From assembly GCA_038842485.1 (NCBI GenBank), contig JAWBSP010000021.1, forward strand, positions 1 through 16,832: a stretch of 16,832 nucleotides of DNA. The letters run 5' to 3'. Positions within the stretch are counted from its first letter, which is position 1. Each line of letters starts with the position of its first letter. Source of the stretch: Candidatus Hadarchaeales archaeon. GTDB taxonomy: Archaea > Hadarchaeota > Hadarchaeia > Hadarchaeales > JAWBSP01. Positions 6,311-14,594 of this stretch are shown here, in pieces. Below the pieces are notes generated by a model. That model was not told where the DNA came from and ran no database searches. It saw nothing but the letters and a program-made list of their open reading frames with translations. The position numbers and the translations under genes were made by a program.

Positions 6311-7228
6311 CTACGCCCGTGGTGGAACTTCTAGCCTCAACAGGTCCTCCGCCAAGATGGTTTCCGGAAAAATCCTGCTGGCCTGCTGCATGAGGAGGGA
6401 GGCATCCTCGTACCTCGGGCTTATGTGGAAGAGAACGAGCTTCTTCACGCCAGCCCTCTTGGCAACTTCAGCCGCCTGCGCAGCGGTGGAGTGGGAATTC
6501 TCGGTGGCCTTGCTGCTGAGCTCCTCCGCAAAAGTGGAGTCGTATATTAAAAGGTCGGCGCCCCTGCAGAACTCGATGATTCCCTCGCTGGGTGCGGTGT
6601 CGCCAACGTAAACGATTTTCCTCCCCCTGATGGGCGGTCCGACCACTTCTTCCGGGCGAACGACCCTGCCATCCGGCAGCTGGACCGGCCTCCCCGACTT
6701 GAGCAGGGCAAAATCGGGTCCGGGCTTCACTCCCAGCTCGATGGCTTTCTCGGCATTCAAGTGACCAGGCCTGTCCTCCTCCACAAAGGCGTAGGCAAGG
6801 GAGGGTACTGGGTGCAGGGCATTTGTCGTCAGCACCCGATATCCCTGCCCCACCACCCCCTGACCGGGCTCGATCCCGCGCACCTCCACCTCGAAGGTCA
6901 CCGCGAACCGTGGGATCTCGAGATACCTTGCCAGCCTCTCCTCCTCCCCAGCCGGACAGTAGATTTCCAGCCTCTCCTTCCTCTCCCACAGGGAGAGGGT
7001 TTGCACGAGTCCGGCCAAGCCCAGAAAGTGGTCGCCATGCAGATGCGTTATGAAAATTCTGGAAACCTTCATGGGGCTGAGCCCGACCTTCATCATCTGC
7101 ACCTGGGTTCCCTCCCCGCAGTCGAAGAGTAAGAGCTCTCCGTTTTTCCTCAGAGCGATGGCCGGGCTGGAACGCTTTGGGGTGGGAACGCTTCCCGAGG
7201 TTCCGAGCAGGAAAACGGTGAGTTCCAT
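6311..7228 (-). CDS. rnz: Ribonuclease Z (tRNase Z short form), 305 aa
   Basis: Start is ATG 7228, in a TGATG overlap with the trm11 stop. Motifs 'LGTSGSVPT', 'FDCGEGTQ', 'THLHGDH', the GP-type flexible arm 'LGVKPGP', 'GDT', 'HST' and 'HISPRY'. Confidence 0.96.
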   Translation of the reverse strand: MELTVFLLGTSGSVPTPKRSSPAIALRKNGELLLFDCGEGTQVQMMKVGLSPMKVSRIFITHLHGDHFLGLAGLVQTLSLWERKERLEIYCPAGEEERLARYLEIPRFAVTFEVEVRGIEPGQGVVGQGYRVLTTNALHPVPSLAYAFVEEDRPGHLNAEKAIELGVKPGPDFALLKSGRPVQLPDGRVVRPEEVVGPPIRGRKIVYVGDTAPSEGIIEFCRGADLLIYDSTFAEELSSKATENSHSTAAQAAEVAKRAGVKKLVLFHISPRYEDASLLMQQASRIFPETILAEDLLRLEVPPRA

Positions 7229-8244
7229 CAGCCCGTCTTCTTGAGAACGTAAATTCTGCGCGTCAGGCCGCGATGCACGTACTGCTCGTGAACCTCGAGA
7301 ACACTGAGACCGACTTCTTCCGCCTTTTTCCCTATGTCCAACCAGTCGGGCGTGCTCAGACATGCCAGCCCCTTCCGCTTGAGGATTTTGGAAATCTGCG
7401 GTAGGGCGGCCCCAACCAGCTCCTCCACCCCCAACCCTCCTGTGGAGGACTGGATTCCAAAGGGCGGGTCCGTCACCACCGCATCTACCTCCATCTCGGG
7501 CAGCTCCCTCGCGTCCCCTACCCTCACCTCGAAGTCCCGAATCCCATAAAACTCCAAGTTCTTTCTGGCCCCCTCCACCATCTGGGGGTCGATGTCTATA
7601 CCGATGGGTTTGATCCCCATCAGACCCGCCTCAACCAAGATTCCCCCAACCCCGCAGAAGGGATCGCAGAGGACCCCGCCCCTGGGTGCTCGGGACAGGT
7701 TGACCATGCACCTCGCCATGGTTGGTGGAAGGGTGGAGGGGTGGAAGGCTGCCCTGGCGGAGGGCCTCCTAGACCTTAAGGACCTCCTTGCGGTTTCGGC
7801 AACCTTTAACCCCAAGCAGCACTTCCCATTCGTGAGAACCCCCACTATCTCTATCTCGGGATGCTCCAAGTCAACCCTCAGGTCGAGTTCGGAGAGGAGA
7901 AGGTCGGCCACCTCCCGCTCGAGTTTCGCTCTCTCAACCTCCGGACAGCTACCCTTGATCCTCTCCACCCTGACCGCGAAGGTCTTGCCGGCCGGGAGGA
8001 GGTCGGGAAGGTCGGAGCTGGCGAGGGTTTCCAGAACCTCATCCGAGTTTGAGATGCCGAGGAACTGGCACACCTCCCTTGAAAGGGAAAGTCGCTCAGC
8101 CACCCTCTGGGGTCTGAGATCGGTTTCAAGCACGAGCACCTGATCCAGTTCCTCTAGGATTTCATACGAGCCACCCTCGGCCTTTATGGCTCCCCTGATT
8201 TCCGCCTGTGGAAGGGTGGGGTGCTCCCCGGAGAGCAGGAACAT
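7228..8244 (-). CDS. trm11: tRNA (guanine-10-N2)-methyltransferase, Trm11/TrmG10 family (THUMP plus class I MTase)
   Basis: Likely start ATG 8244 ('MFLLSGEHPTLPQAE'), 4 nt after the prs stop. THUMP segment 'KTFAVRV...VDLEHP', SAM motif 'DPFCGVGG' and amino-MTase motif 'TDPPFG'. Confidence 0.88.
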   Translation of the reverse strand: MFLLSGEHPTLPQAEIRGAIKAEGGSYEILEELDQVLVLETDLRPQRVAERLSLSREVCQFLGISNSDEVLETLASSDLPDLLPAGKTFAVRVERIKGSCPEVERAKLEREVADLLLSELDLRVDLEHPEIEIVGVLTNGKCCLGLKVAETARRSLRSRRPSARAAFHPSTLPPTMARCMVNLSRAPRGGVLCDPFCGVGGILVEAGLMGIKPIGIDIDPQMVEGARKNLEFYGIRDFEVRVGDARELPEMEVDAVVTDPPFGIQSSTGGLGVEELVGAALPQISKILKRKGLACLSTPDWLDIGKKAEEVGLSVLEVHEQYVHRGLTRRIYVLKKTG

Positions 8245-8248
8245 CAGC

Positions 8249-9100
8249 CTAAAGGTGTCTGGCAACTTCCCCGGCAACGGAGATCAGGCTGAACTTGGAC
8301 TCCACTGTATCGGTACAGACAATCCTTTCCACGCCCGCCCTCCTCATCCGCTGCACGGCATCCCCTACCAAGAGCCCATGGACGCAGCAGGCCAGCACCC
8401 TCCTCGCCCCCTTCAGCATCCGGCAGGCCTCCACCACCGTCCCCCCGGTGCTTATGATGTCATCCAGAATCACCACGTCCCTTCCCCTCACTGCAAGACG
8501 CTTTTTTTCGGTTCTAACCCTCCTCCCGCTCAGCCTTTTCTTCTTCAGATAATCGTATTCCGCGCCAGCCTTTTCAGCCGCTTCCCTAACCCTCTCAAGC
8601 GATCCCTCATCCGGCGCGAGGAAGAGCGGGTCTCTCAGACGCATCTTTTCCGACAGCCAGCCTCCCAGCAAGGGGGTGCACCGAACCTCCTCAATCCTCC
8701 CGAAGTATGAGAGGGCCTGAGGGGAGTGAGCATCGACGGTCACGATTTTATCCGCTCTCTCCAGCAGACGGCTTATGGTCTGGATAGTGATCGCCTCCCC
8801 CTCCTTGAACCTTCTGTCCTGGCGCGCGTAGGCGAGGTAGGGGACCACCACCACCATTTTCTCCGCCCCCATGTCCCTGCAGAGATCCATGAGGAAGAGG
8901 AGCTCGGCTAGGTGTTCGTTTTGGGGCGGGGAGAGGGACTGTACCACCACCACCTCCTTCCCCAACCGCTCCCCAATTCTGAGATAGATCTCACCGTCTG
9001 GAAACTTTCTGACGTCTGGTCGGACGAGCTTGTAACCCAAACAATCGGCTAAACGGGAGGAGAGCTTGGGGGAAGCCGATCCTTGGATAATCACAGACAT
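8249..9100 (-). CDS. prs: Ribose-phosphate pyrophosphokinase (archaeal type)
   Basis: Motifs 'FPDGE', 'VPYLAYARQDRRF..GE', 'VDAH', 'APDEG' and PRPP-binding 'ILDDIISTGGT'. TATA-like TAACTTATTT on the minus strand at 9130-9121. Confidence 0.97.
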   Translation of the reverse strand: MSVIIQGSASPKLSSRLADCLGYKLVRPDVRKFPDGEIYLRIGERLGKEVVVVQSLSPPQNEHLAELLFLMDLCRDMGAEKMVVVVPYLAYARQDRRFKEGEAITIQTISRLLERADKIVTVDAHSPQALSYFGRIEEVRCTPLLGGWLSEKMRLRDPLFLAPDEGSLERVREAAEKAGAEYDYLKKKRLSGRRVRTEKKRLAVRGRDVVILDDIISTGGTVVEACRMLKGARRVLACCVHGLLVGDAVQRMRRAGVERIVCTDTVESKFSLISVAGEVARHL

Positions 9101-9363
9101 TCAATCTTGGTAGCCGCTGGAAATAAGTTATGGGGGACCAAGCGGAGGGGAATAGAATCGAGCAAGTTCCAGGGCTATTTCGGGCACCTCAAGATATTCT
9201 CAGGATTTCTGTAAACACCAAAGCGGGAAGTGTAAAACGAAGACCCGTGGCTCCATCCACCCACGGTAACGGCTTGAATCTGAGGGCGAATGATAAGGCG
9301 CTCAACTTTTCCTAGCTGTAGGTTGAACTGCCAAAGGTTTAGCCAACTCTCACCCAAACTTCT

Positions 9364-10455
9364 GTGTGGACTTTCCTTCGACCCGATGCTGCCCGGGCTC
9401 TCGAGGATGAGAAGGTAAGGCTCGCCTTGGGTAGATACGTGAGAGTTGTGAGGGGCGAACTTCCAGCCAAGTTTCAGGTCTGTAAGCGGGTGAGGGTTGA
9501 GATAGATCTGGGTGAAAAGGAGGAAAGGTTGTGGAAAGCCCATGAAGCGGGACTGAGGGATTTCCAAAGCCTGCTAAACAGGATTGAGAGTGGAAAGGTG
9601 AACTGGAGGGAGCTTGAGGTTCCCGAGGTGTCCCTATTAGACTTGAAGGTGGAAATTGCCAACCGAATGCTTTCCTCCTGCCGGTTCTGCGAGAGGCGCT
9701 GTGGGGTGAACCGGAGAGAGGGGGAGAAAGGGTTCTGCGGGGTGGGGGTGATTCCAAGGGTTGCCTCGGAGTTCATGCACATGGGGGAGGAGGCCCCGCT
9801 GGTTCCCTCCTACACCATTTTCTTTGCCGGTTGCACCTTCAAATGCCAGTTCTGCCAAAACTGGGATATCTCCCAGGATCCAAACTCGGGTGCGGAGGTC
9901 ACCCCCCGGGAGCTAGCCAGACTGGTGGAGAGGGGGAAGGAGGAGGGAGCGAGGAATGTGAACTGGGTGGGTGGAAACCCCGATCCAAACCTACACGCCA
10001 TCTTGGAGGCTCTGAGGGAATGCGAGGCGAACTTAAGCTCGGTCTGGAACTCGAACATGTACTACAGCTCGGAGGCGGCGGAGCTCCTGCGGGGAACCCA
10101 GGATATCTACCTGACGGACTTCAAGTGGTACGATGATGGGTGCGCGAGGAAGTATTCGAAGGTTGACCGGTACCTTGAGGTCGTGAGCAGGAATCACCTG
10201 AGTTCCTTCAGCGACGCCGAGCTCATCATCAGACACCTAGTCATGCCAGGTCACCTGCAGTGCTGCACCCGGCCCATCCTTCACTGGATTGCCAGAAACT
10301 TGGGCCCGCACGTGAGGGTGAACGTGATGGATCAGTACAGACCGTGCTACCTGGCCTCCAAATATCCCGAAATAAACCGGCCGCTCACGGGAAGCGAGTA
10401 CGAGCAGGCCCTGAGGTTTGCGAGGGAAGCGGGGCTCCAGAACCTCGAGGATTGA
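9364..10455 (+). CDS. Radical SAM protein, PflX-like (COG1313), function unknown
   Basis: CxxxCxxC 'CTFKCQFCQNWDISQ', an extra Cys cluster 'CRFCERRCGVNR...GFC', and 'HMGEE', 'NVNWVGG', 'DIYLTDFK', 'IRHLVMPGH', 'NVMDQYRP'. Confidence 0.9.
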   Translation: MWTFLRPDAARALEDEKVRLALGRYVRVVRGELPAKFQVCKRVRVEIDLGEKEERLWKAHEAGLRDFQSLLNRIESGKVNWRELEVPEVSLLDLKVEIANRMLSSCRFCERRCGVNRREGEKGFCGVGVIPRVASEFMHMGEEAPLVPSYTIFFAGCTFKCQFCQNWDISQDPNSGAEVTPRELARLVERGKEEGARNVNWVGGNPDPNLHAILEALRECEANLSSVWNSNMYYSSEAAELLRGTQDIYLTDFKWYDDGCARKYSKVDRYLEVVSRNHLSSFSDAELIIRHLVMPGHLQCCTRPILHWIARNLGPHVRVNVMDQYRPCYLASKYPEINRPLTGSEYEQALRFAREAGLQNLED

Positions 10456-11066
10456 TGGAGGTACACCAGATAGGTGGGGACCCGCCGGACTGTAACATAT
10501 ACCTCATCTTGGATGAAAAGATTGCCCTAATCGACAGTGGAACGGGGGAAAACTTTCAACTCGTCGCCTCCAGACTTTCGGACTTGGGTCTTAGGGCAAG
10601 GGATGTGGACATGGTGATAAATACTCACGCCCACTTCGATCACGCGGGGGGGAACTTCCATTTCTACAGGGAGGGCTGTAAGATTGCAGCCCACGAGCTC
10701 GAGGCCGGCGCGATCGAGAAGGGGGATCCGGATCTAACTCTGGCGGGACTGTTCGGGAGGAGGATGGAAGGGGTAAAGGTTTCACTGAGGCTGAAAGAAG
10801 GGGACAGGCTTGAGCTTGGGAGAAACGTGCTGGAGGTCCTGCACACCCCCGGTCACACCCGGGGGAGTCTCAGCCTTCTGGAGAGGAGGGAGGGCATCCT
10901 TTTCTGCGGGGATCTGATCTTCAGGGACGGGGTTGGCAGAACGGACTTTCCAACCGGGGACCCGCTCGAGCTCCGGAAATCCATTCGAAGGATTTTCAGG
11001 CTGGACCTCACCAAGATCTGCCCAGGTCATGGTCCAGAATTCAGGAAATGCTCCTTCCAATTCTGA
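10455..11066 (+). CDS. MBL-fold metallo-hydrolase (glyoxalase II-like), 203 aa
   Basis: Start is ATG 10455, in a TGATG overlap with the radical SAM stop. Motifs 'LIDSG', 'THAHFDHAGG', 'HTPGHT', 'FCGD', 'GRTDFPTG' and 'PGHG'. Confidence 0.92.
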   Translation: MEVHQIGGDPPDCNIYLILDEKIALIDSGTGENFQLVASRLSDLGLRARDVDMVINTHAHFDHAGGNFHFYREGCKIAAHELEAGAIEKGDPDLTLAGLFGRRMEGVKVSLRLKEGDRLELGRNVLEVLHTPGHTRGSLSLLERREGILFCGDLIFRDGVGRTDFPTGDPLELRKSIRRIFRLDLTKICPGHGPEFRKCSFQF

Positions 11067-11587
11067 TCTTTCTGCTCTTCCTCACCCTCCCCCTGCTTCT
11101 CACCCATCTATCCGGGGCCATCTGGTCTCCAACCCCGCCCAGCGTGGCTCGCAGGATGCTGGAGCTGGCGAGGGTGAAACCGGGGGAAATCGTCTACGAT
11201 TTGGGATGCGGTGACGGAAGGATGGCGATTCTCGCGGCGAAGGAGTTCGGAGCCAGAGCCATTGGGATCGAGATTAACCCCATCCTGCTTCTTCTCGCTA
11301 GAATCAAGGGAAGGGGAATTCCCAACTTAGAGTTGAGATGGGGGAATGTCTTCAAGGCCGATCTCTCCGATGCGGATGTGGTGGTAACCTACTTTTCCCC
11401 ACAGGGAAACCGGAGGCTCACCCAGAAACTGCTCCAGCTGGAAAGGGACGTTAGGGTGGTCTCGTACAGATGGAAGTTGGGACTGAGGCTGGAGAAAAAG
11501 GAGGGGATGATCTTCCTCTATAAAACTGCGCCGCCTTCGGAGCCTTCCAGCCTTTTGAGAACCTCCGGGAGCTCCGTCAGGGAGTGA
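11048..11587 (+). CDS. Class I SAM-dependent methyltransferase, aKMT/FAM173-like, with N-terminal TM helix
   Basis: Hydrophobic N-terminus followed by 'GAIWSPTP..VARRMLELA', 'YDLGCGDGR', 'GIEINP', 'GNVFKADLSDADVV' and 'RVVS'. Confidence 0.85.
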   Translation: MLLPILIFLLFLTLPLLLTHLSGAIWSPTPPSVARRMLELARVKPGEIVYDLGCGDGRMAILAAKEFGARAIGIEINPILLLLARIKGRGIPNLELRWGNVFKADLSDADVVVTYFSPQGNRRLTQKLLQLERDVRVVSYRWKLGLRLEKKEGMIFLYKTAPPSEPSSLLRTSGSSVRE

Positions 11588-12216
11588 ATTACAGCATCAG
11601 CCTCGGGGTCATGCCCCCGGAGGAGAATCGCCCTCATGCCTAGGGCCTTTGGTCCCTTAACATCCTCCCCCGGCAGATTGCCCACATGAACCGTTTCGGC
11701 GGGGGAGGTTCCCAGCCTCTCCAGGGCTATCTGGAAGATTTTGGGATGCGGTTTCCGGTAGCCGACCTCACCCGAGTACACCTGTGCCTTGAAGTATCCG
11801 CTCAGGCCGTTTGCCTCTAGGAATCTCTTCGAGGCCAGACTCATGGTGTTTGAGACCACCCCCAGCAGGTACCTCTTGGAGAGCGTGTCCAGCACCTCCC
11901 TGCAGCCTGGAGCTGGCTCGATTTTGAAGCACCTGTAATACAGGGAAGCCATCGCCTCCAGCAGCTCGTCGGTGGGGGTTATCCCGAGCCTCAAGAGGGT
12001 AAGCCTCCTGAACTCCCGGAAATCCATCTCCAAGTGCTTGGCCCTGAGCTGGTTGAGCTGGTTCATGGCAACGCCCACCGCCTGTCTAAGTTCCCTTCCC
12101 GAAACCCTGAGGCCGAAGCTCTCCAGCAGGTCCAACATTCCCTGCTGGTAAATTTTCTTGTTGAGCTCGCCCACCGCCAGCGTGCCTCCCACGTCGAAGA
12201 GAACGGCTCTAATCAT
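11518..12216 (-). CDS. HAD-superfamily hydrolase (subfamily IA)
   Basis: Motif I 'FDVGGTL', motif II 'VVSN', motif III 'KPHPKIF', motif IV 'HVGNLPGED'. Confidence 0.9.
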   Translation of the reverse strand: MIRAVLFDVGGTLAVGELNKKIYQQGMLDLLESFGLRVSGRELRQAVGVAMNQLNQLRAKHLEMDFREFRRLTLLRLGITPTDELLEAMASLYYRCFKIEPAPGCREVLDTLSKRYLLGVVSNTMSLASKRFLEANGLSGYFKAQVYSGEVGYRKPHPKIFQIALERLGTSPAETVHVGNLPGEDVKGPKALGMRAILLRGHDPEADAVIHSLTELPEVLKRLEGSEGGAVL

Positions 12217-12246
12217 CCAGCTTTTGAAGAGGTGGCTAAAATCTGC

Positions 12247-12456
12247 TCAAACCCCCTGCCCCAAGAAGAGTGCCCTGCCGGGACACTCGCTAACGCACTT
12301 CCCACAAGAGTTACATCTTTCCGGATTGACGATCTCACACTTTCCTTGGCTCACACCGGAAGGGGATTCAAACTCGGAAAACCCAAACACCCCTGTGGGG
12401 CAGACCAGCTGACATATCCTGCACCCCATGCACCTCTCCGCCCGTAGCCCGATCAC
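12247..12456 (-). CDS. 2[4Fe-4S] dicluster ferredoxin, 69 aa
   Basis: GTG start at 12456 in a GTGA overlap with the sufB stop. Two CxxCxxCxxxCP motifs: 'CMGCRICQLVCP' and 'CNSCGKCVSECP'. Confidence 0.92.
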   Translation of the reverse strand: MIGLRAERCMGCRICQLVCPTGVFGFSEFESPSGVSQGKCEIVNPERCNSCGKCVSECPGRALFLGQGV

Positions 12457-13763
12457 ATCAACTCCCTCGCCGTTCTGGAGATGAGTCCCTTCATCCACGC
12501 TAGAATAGGTTCGGGCAGCCCTCTGGCAACATCCAAGAAACCGCTGATGATGAGGGAGGTCGCCTGGTCTCTGGGAATCCCTCTGCTCATGAGATAGTTC
12601 AGGTGCTCCTCTTCTATCCTCCCCACCGCCGCCTCGTGGGTGAGGTTGGCGTCGGGCTGTAGGCTGGAAAGGTTGGGAAAGGCCCTCACATCGGCCCGCC
12701 CGCTCAGGAGCAACCCCCTGCATTCCAAGTGCCCCACAACCCCCCTCCCGTATCCCTTGAGCATCCCCCTCATCCTCACCCTAGCTTCGTCCGTCACCAC
12801 CGCCCTAGAAACTACCTCCCCCCTCGAGCCCTCGCCCACCAGCAGAAGTCCCCCCCCGATGTCCAGATCCGACTTTCCCCTCCCGAAGAAGAAGGACCTC
12901 AGCTCCGCCCTAGAGTTCCTCCCCCTCAAGATCACGGTGGGGAAGAGTTGGGAGCTGCTGGGTTCGCCTAGTTCCATGTAGTTCTCGATGTAGGTTCCCC
13001 CTTCCTCCACCATGACCCCCACCTTCGGTCTCACGTGGAAACCCGGCCTGAAGTGGTGCACGAGGTTGAAGGTGACCTCCGCCCCCCTTCCCACGTATAT
13101 CTCCGTCACGCATCCGTGAAGGGCGGTCTGGCAACTTGGAGCTAGGGTACACCCCGAGAGAATGTTGATCTTGGAGTTGGGGGAGGCGAGCACGAGGATG
13201 TAGGGGAGCTGGGCCACCCTCTCCGTCTCGAGCATGAAGCAGGCCTGCAGGGGGAGATCGACCTTGGCCCCCTCCTTCACCCAGATGAAGGCCCCGCCGA
13301 GGGAGAAACCGGAGCAGAAGGCGGTGTACTTGTCGAGGTCGATGGGAACCAGCCCATGAACGAACTGTTTGAGCCAGGGATAATGCAGCACGGCCTCCTC
13401 CGGTGTCTCAACCAGCACCCCCTTCCCCTCCATGACCCGCTTGTAGGTGACGGTGGCATCCTCCTGCAGGTGGGATCCCGCCCTCTCCTCCTCGAGCGAC
13501 ATGCCAACGGACTCAACCGCCCTCCTCTCGCCCTCCCCCAGTTGCTCCAGGGAATTGAGGGCTCTCTTGGGCGGTGGATTGGGGAGGTACTGGAGCAGGT
13601 CAAAGTCCGCCCCGTACTTCCCGGCGGGCTCACCCCTCTCCTCCTTTTCCCTGAAGATTTTCCTGGCCCTCTCCCTCTGCTCCCTCCACCAGTCCGGGAG
13701 GCCCCTTTCGCGCTCGGCGAACCAGTCCTCTATCTCCTTGAGCCTGGACAGGTCTCGCACCAA
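12453..13763 (-). CDS. sufB: Fe-S cluster assembly scaffold, SufB/SufD family (SmsB-like)
   Basis: Motifs 'LPLQACF', 'SGCT', 'LHGCVTEIYV', 'HLECRGLLL' and 'LTHEAAVGRIEEEHLNYLMSRGI...IISGFL'. GGAGG upstream. Start is TTG 13763 or GTG 13760. Overlaps the end of sufC. Confidence 0.92.
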   Translation of the reverse strand: MVRDLSRLKEIEDWFAERERGLPDWWREQRERARKIFREKEERGEPAGKYGADFDLLQYLPNPPPKRALNSLEQLGEGERRAVESVGMSLEEERAGSHLQEDATVTYKRVMEGKGVLVETPEEAVLHYPWLKQFVHGLVPIDLDKYTAFCSGFSLGGAFIWVKEGAKVDLPLQACFMLETERVAQLPYILVLASPNSKINILSGCTLAPSCQTALHGCVTEIYVGRGAEVTFNLVHHFRPGFHVRPKVGVMVEEGGTYIENYMELGEPSSSQLFPTVILRGRNSRAELRSFFFGRGKSDLDIGGGLLLVGEGSRGEVVSRAVVTDEARVRMRGMLKGYGRGVVGHLECRGLLLSGRADVRAFPNLSSLQPDANLTHEAAVGRIEEEHLNYLMSRGIPRDQATSLIISGFLDVARGLPEPILAWMKGLISRTARELM

Positions 13764-14431
13764 CGGTAACCCTCCTTCAGGATTTGGGCCAGGATCTTGG
13801 AGGGGGGGCCGGAGCAGGCGATTCTCCCCCCGAGCAGAACGTGTGCCATATGGGCCTGAACGTGCCTCAGAATGTGTCCGAGGTGGGTGATGAGGATTCC
13901 GCTCCTTCCCTTCAAAAAGTCGTTGATGGCCTTTCCCACCAGCTCCAAGTTTTCCACGTCCAAACCGGAGTCTGGTTCGTCGAAGATAACGAACTTTGGT
14001 TTCTGCGCCAGAACCTGAAGAACCTCCGCTCTCCTCGCCTCCCCTCCCGAGAAGCCGACGTTGAGCTCCCGGTCTAGAAATTCTGGGGGGAGGTTTACCA
14101 GATCCAGCAGCTCGGTGCCCGCCCCAAGATGGCGGAGGATGTCCCTGAGCCTCACCCCCCTCACCGCCACCGGCCGCTGGAAGGCGACCCCCAGCCCCAG
14201 CCTAGCACGCTCGTCTATGGATTTTTCCTTGAGCTCCACGCCATCCAGTCTAATGCTTCCCGAGACCACCCGGTACTGGGGGAAGCCCAGTAGGGTGAGC
14301 GCGAGGGAGGTCTTTCCCGACCCGTTGGGCCCGAAAATAACGTGGGTTTCCCCGTCCCCCACCTCGAGATCCAGCCCCCGGAGGACTTCCCTGCCATCCA
14401 CCGTCACCGTGAGGTTCTCCACTTCGAGCAT
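13730..14431 (-). CDS. sufC: Fe-S assembly ABC ATPase SufC (SmsC-like)
   Basis: Walker A 'GPNGSGKT', 'RARLGLGVAFQ', 'LNVGFSGGE', Walker B 'IFDEPDSGLD', 'ITH', and C-terminal C-x18-C-x2-C. ATG 14431 follows GGAGGAGGAG; GTG 14443 is an alternative start. Confidence 0.94.
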   Translation of the reverse strand: MLEVENLTVTVDGREVLRGLDLEVGDGETHVIFGPNGSGKTSLALTLLGFPQYRVVSGSIRLDGVELKEKSIDERARLGLGVAFQRPVAVRGVRLRDILRHLGAGTELLDLVNLPPEFLDRELNVGFSGGEARRAEVLQVLAQKPKFVIFDEPDSGLDVENLELVGKAINDFLKGRSGILITHLGHILRHVQAHMAHVLLGGRIACSGPPSKILAQILKEGYRWCETCPGSRR

Positions 14432-14594
14432 CTCCTCCTCCACTTATCAGAAAAAGACTTCATTCAGCTGGTTACTTTCTCCATTTCCCGAGGCGGAGCT
14501 AGGATACACTTCTGTCGAAGGTGAGAGGCCAAAGTGGAGCTCGTCGGGGGCATCCAGTCTAACGTTGAAATGATGGCGTTTGATGAATTAACCA

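Noticed and set aside
9114-9136. ORB-like sequence CCGCTGGAAATAAGTTATGGGGG suggesting a replication origin
   Set aside because: Single degenerate copy, no inverted partner or AT-rich unwinding element, and no cdc6/orc1 nearby. It coincides with the expected prs TATA box on the minus strand.
9364-10455. Calling the radical SAM protein a pyruvate formate-lyase activase (pflA)
   Set aside because: Length, the extra N-terminal Cys cluster and motifs fit PflX/COG1313, and no glycyl-radical enzyme is adjacent.
14445-14490. Possible C/D box sRNA on the minus strand (two CTGA boxes)
   Set aside because: No good RUGAUGA box C, and the second guide region would be only about 6 nt.
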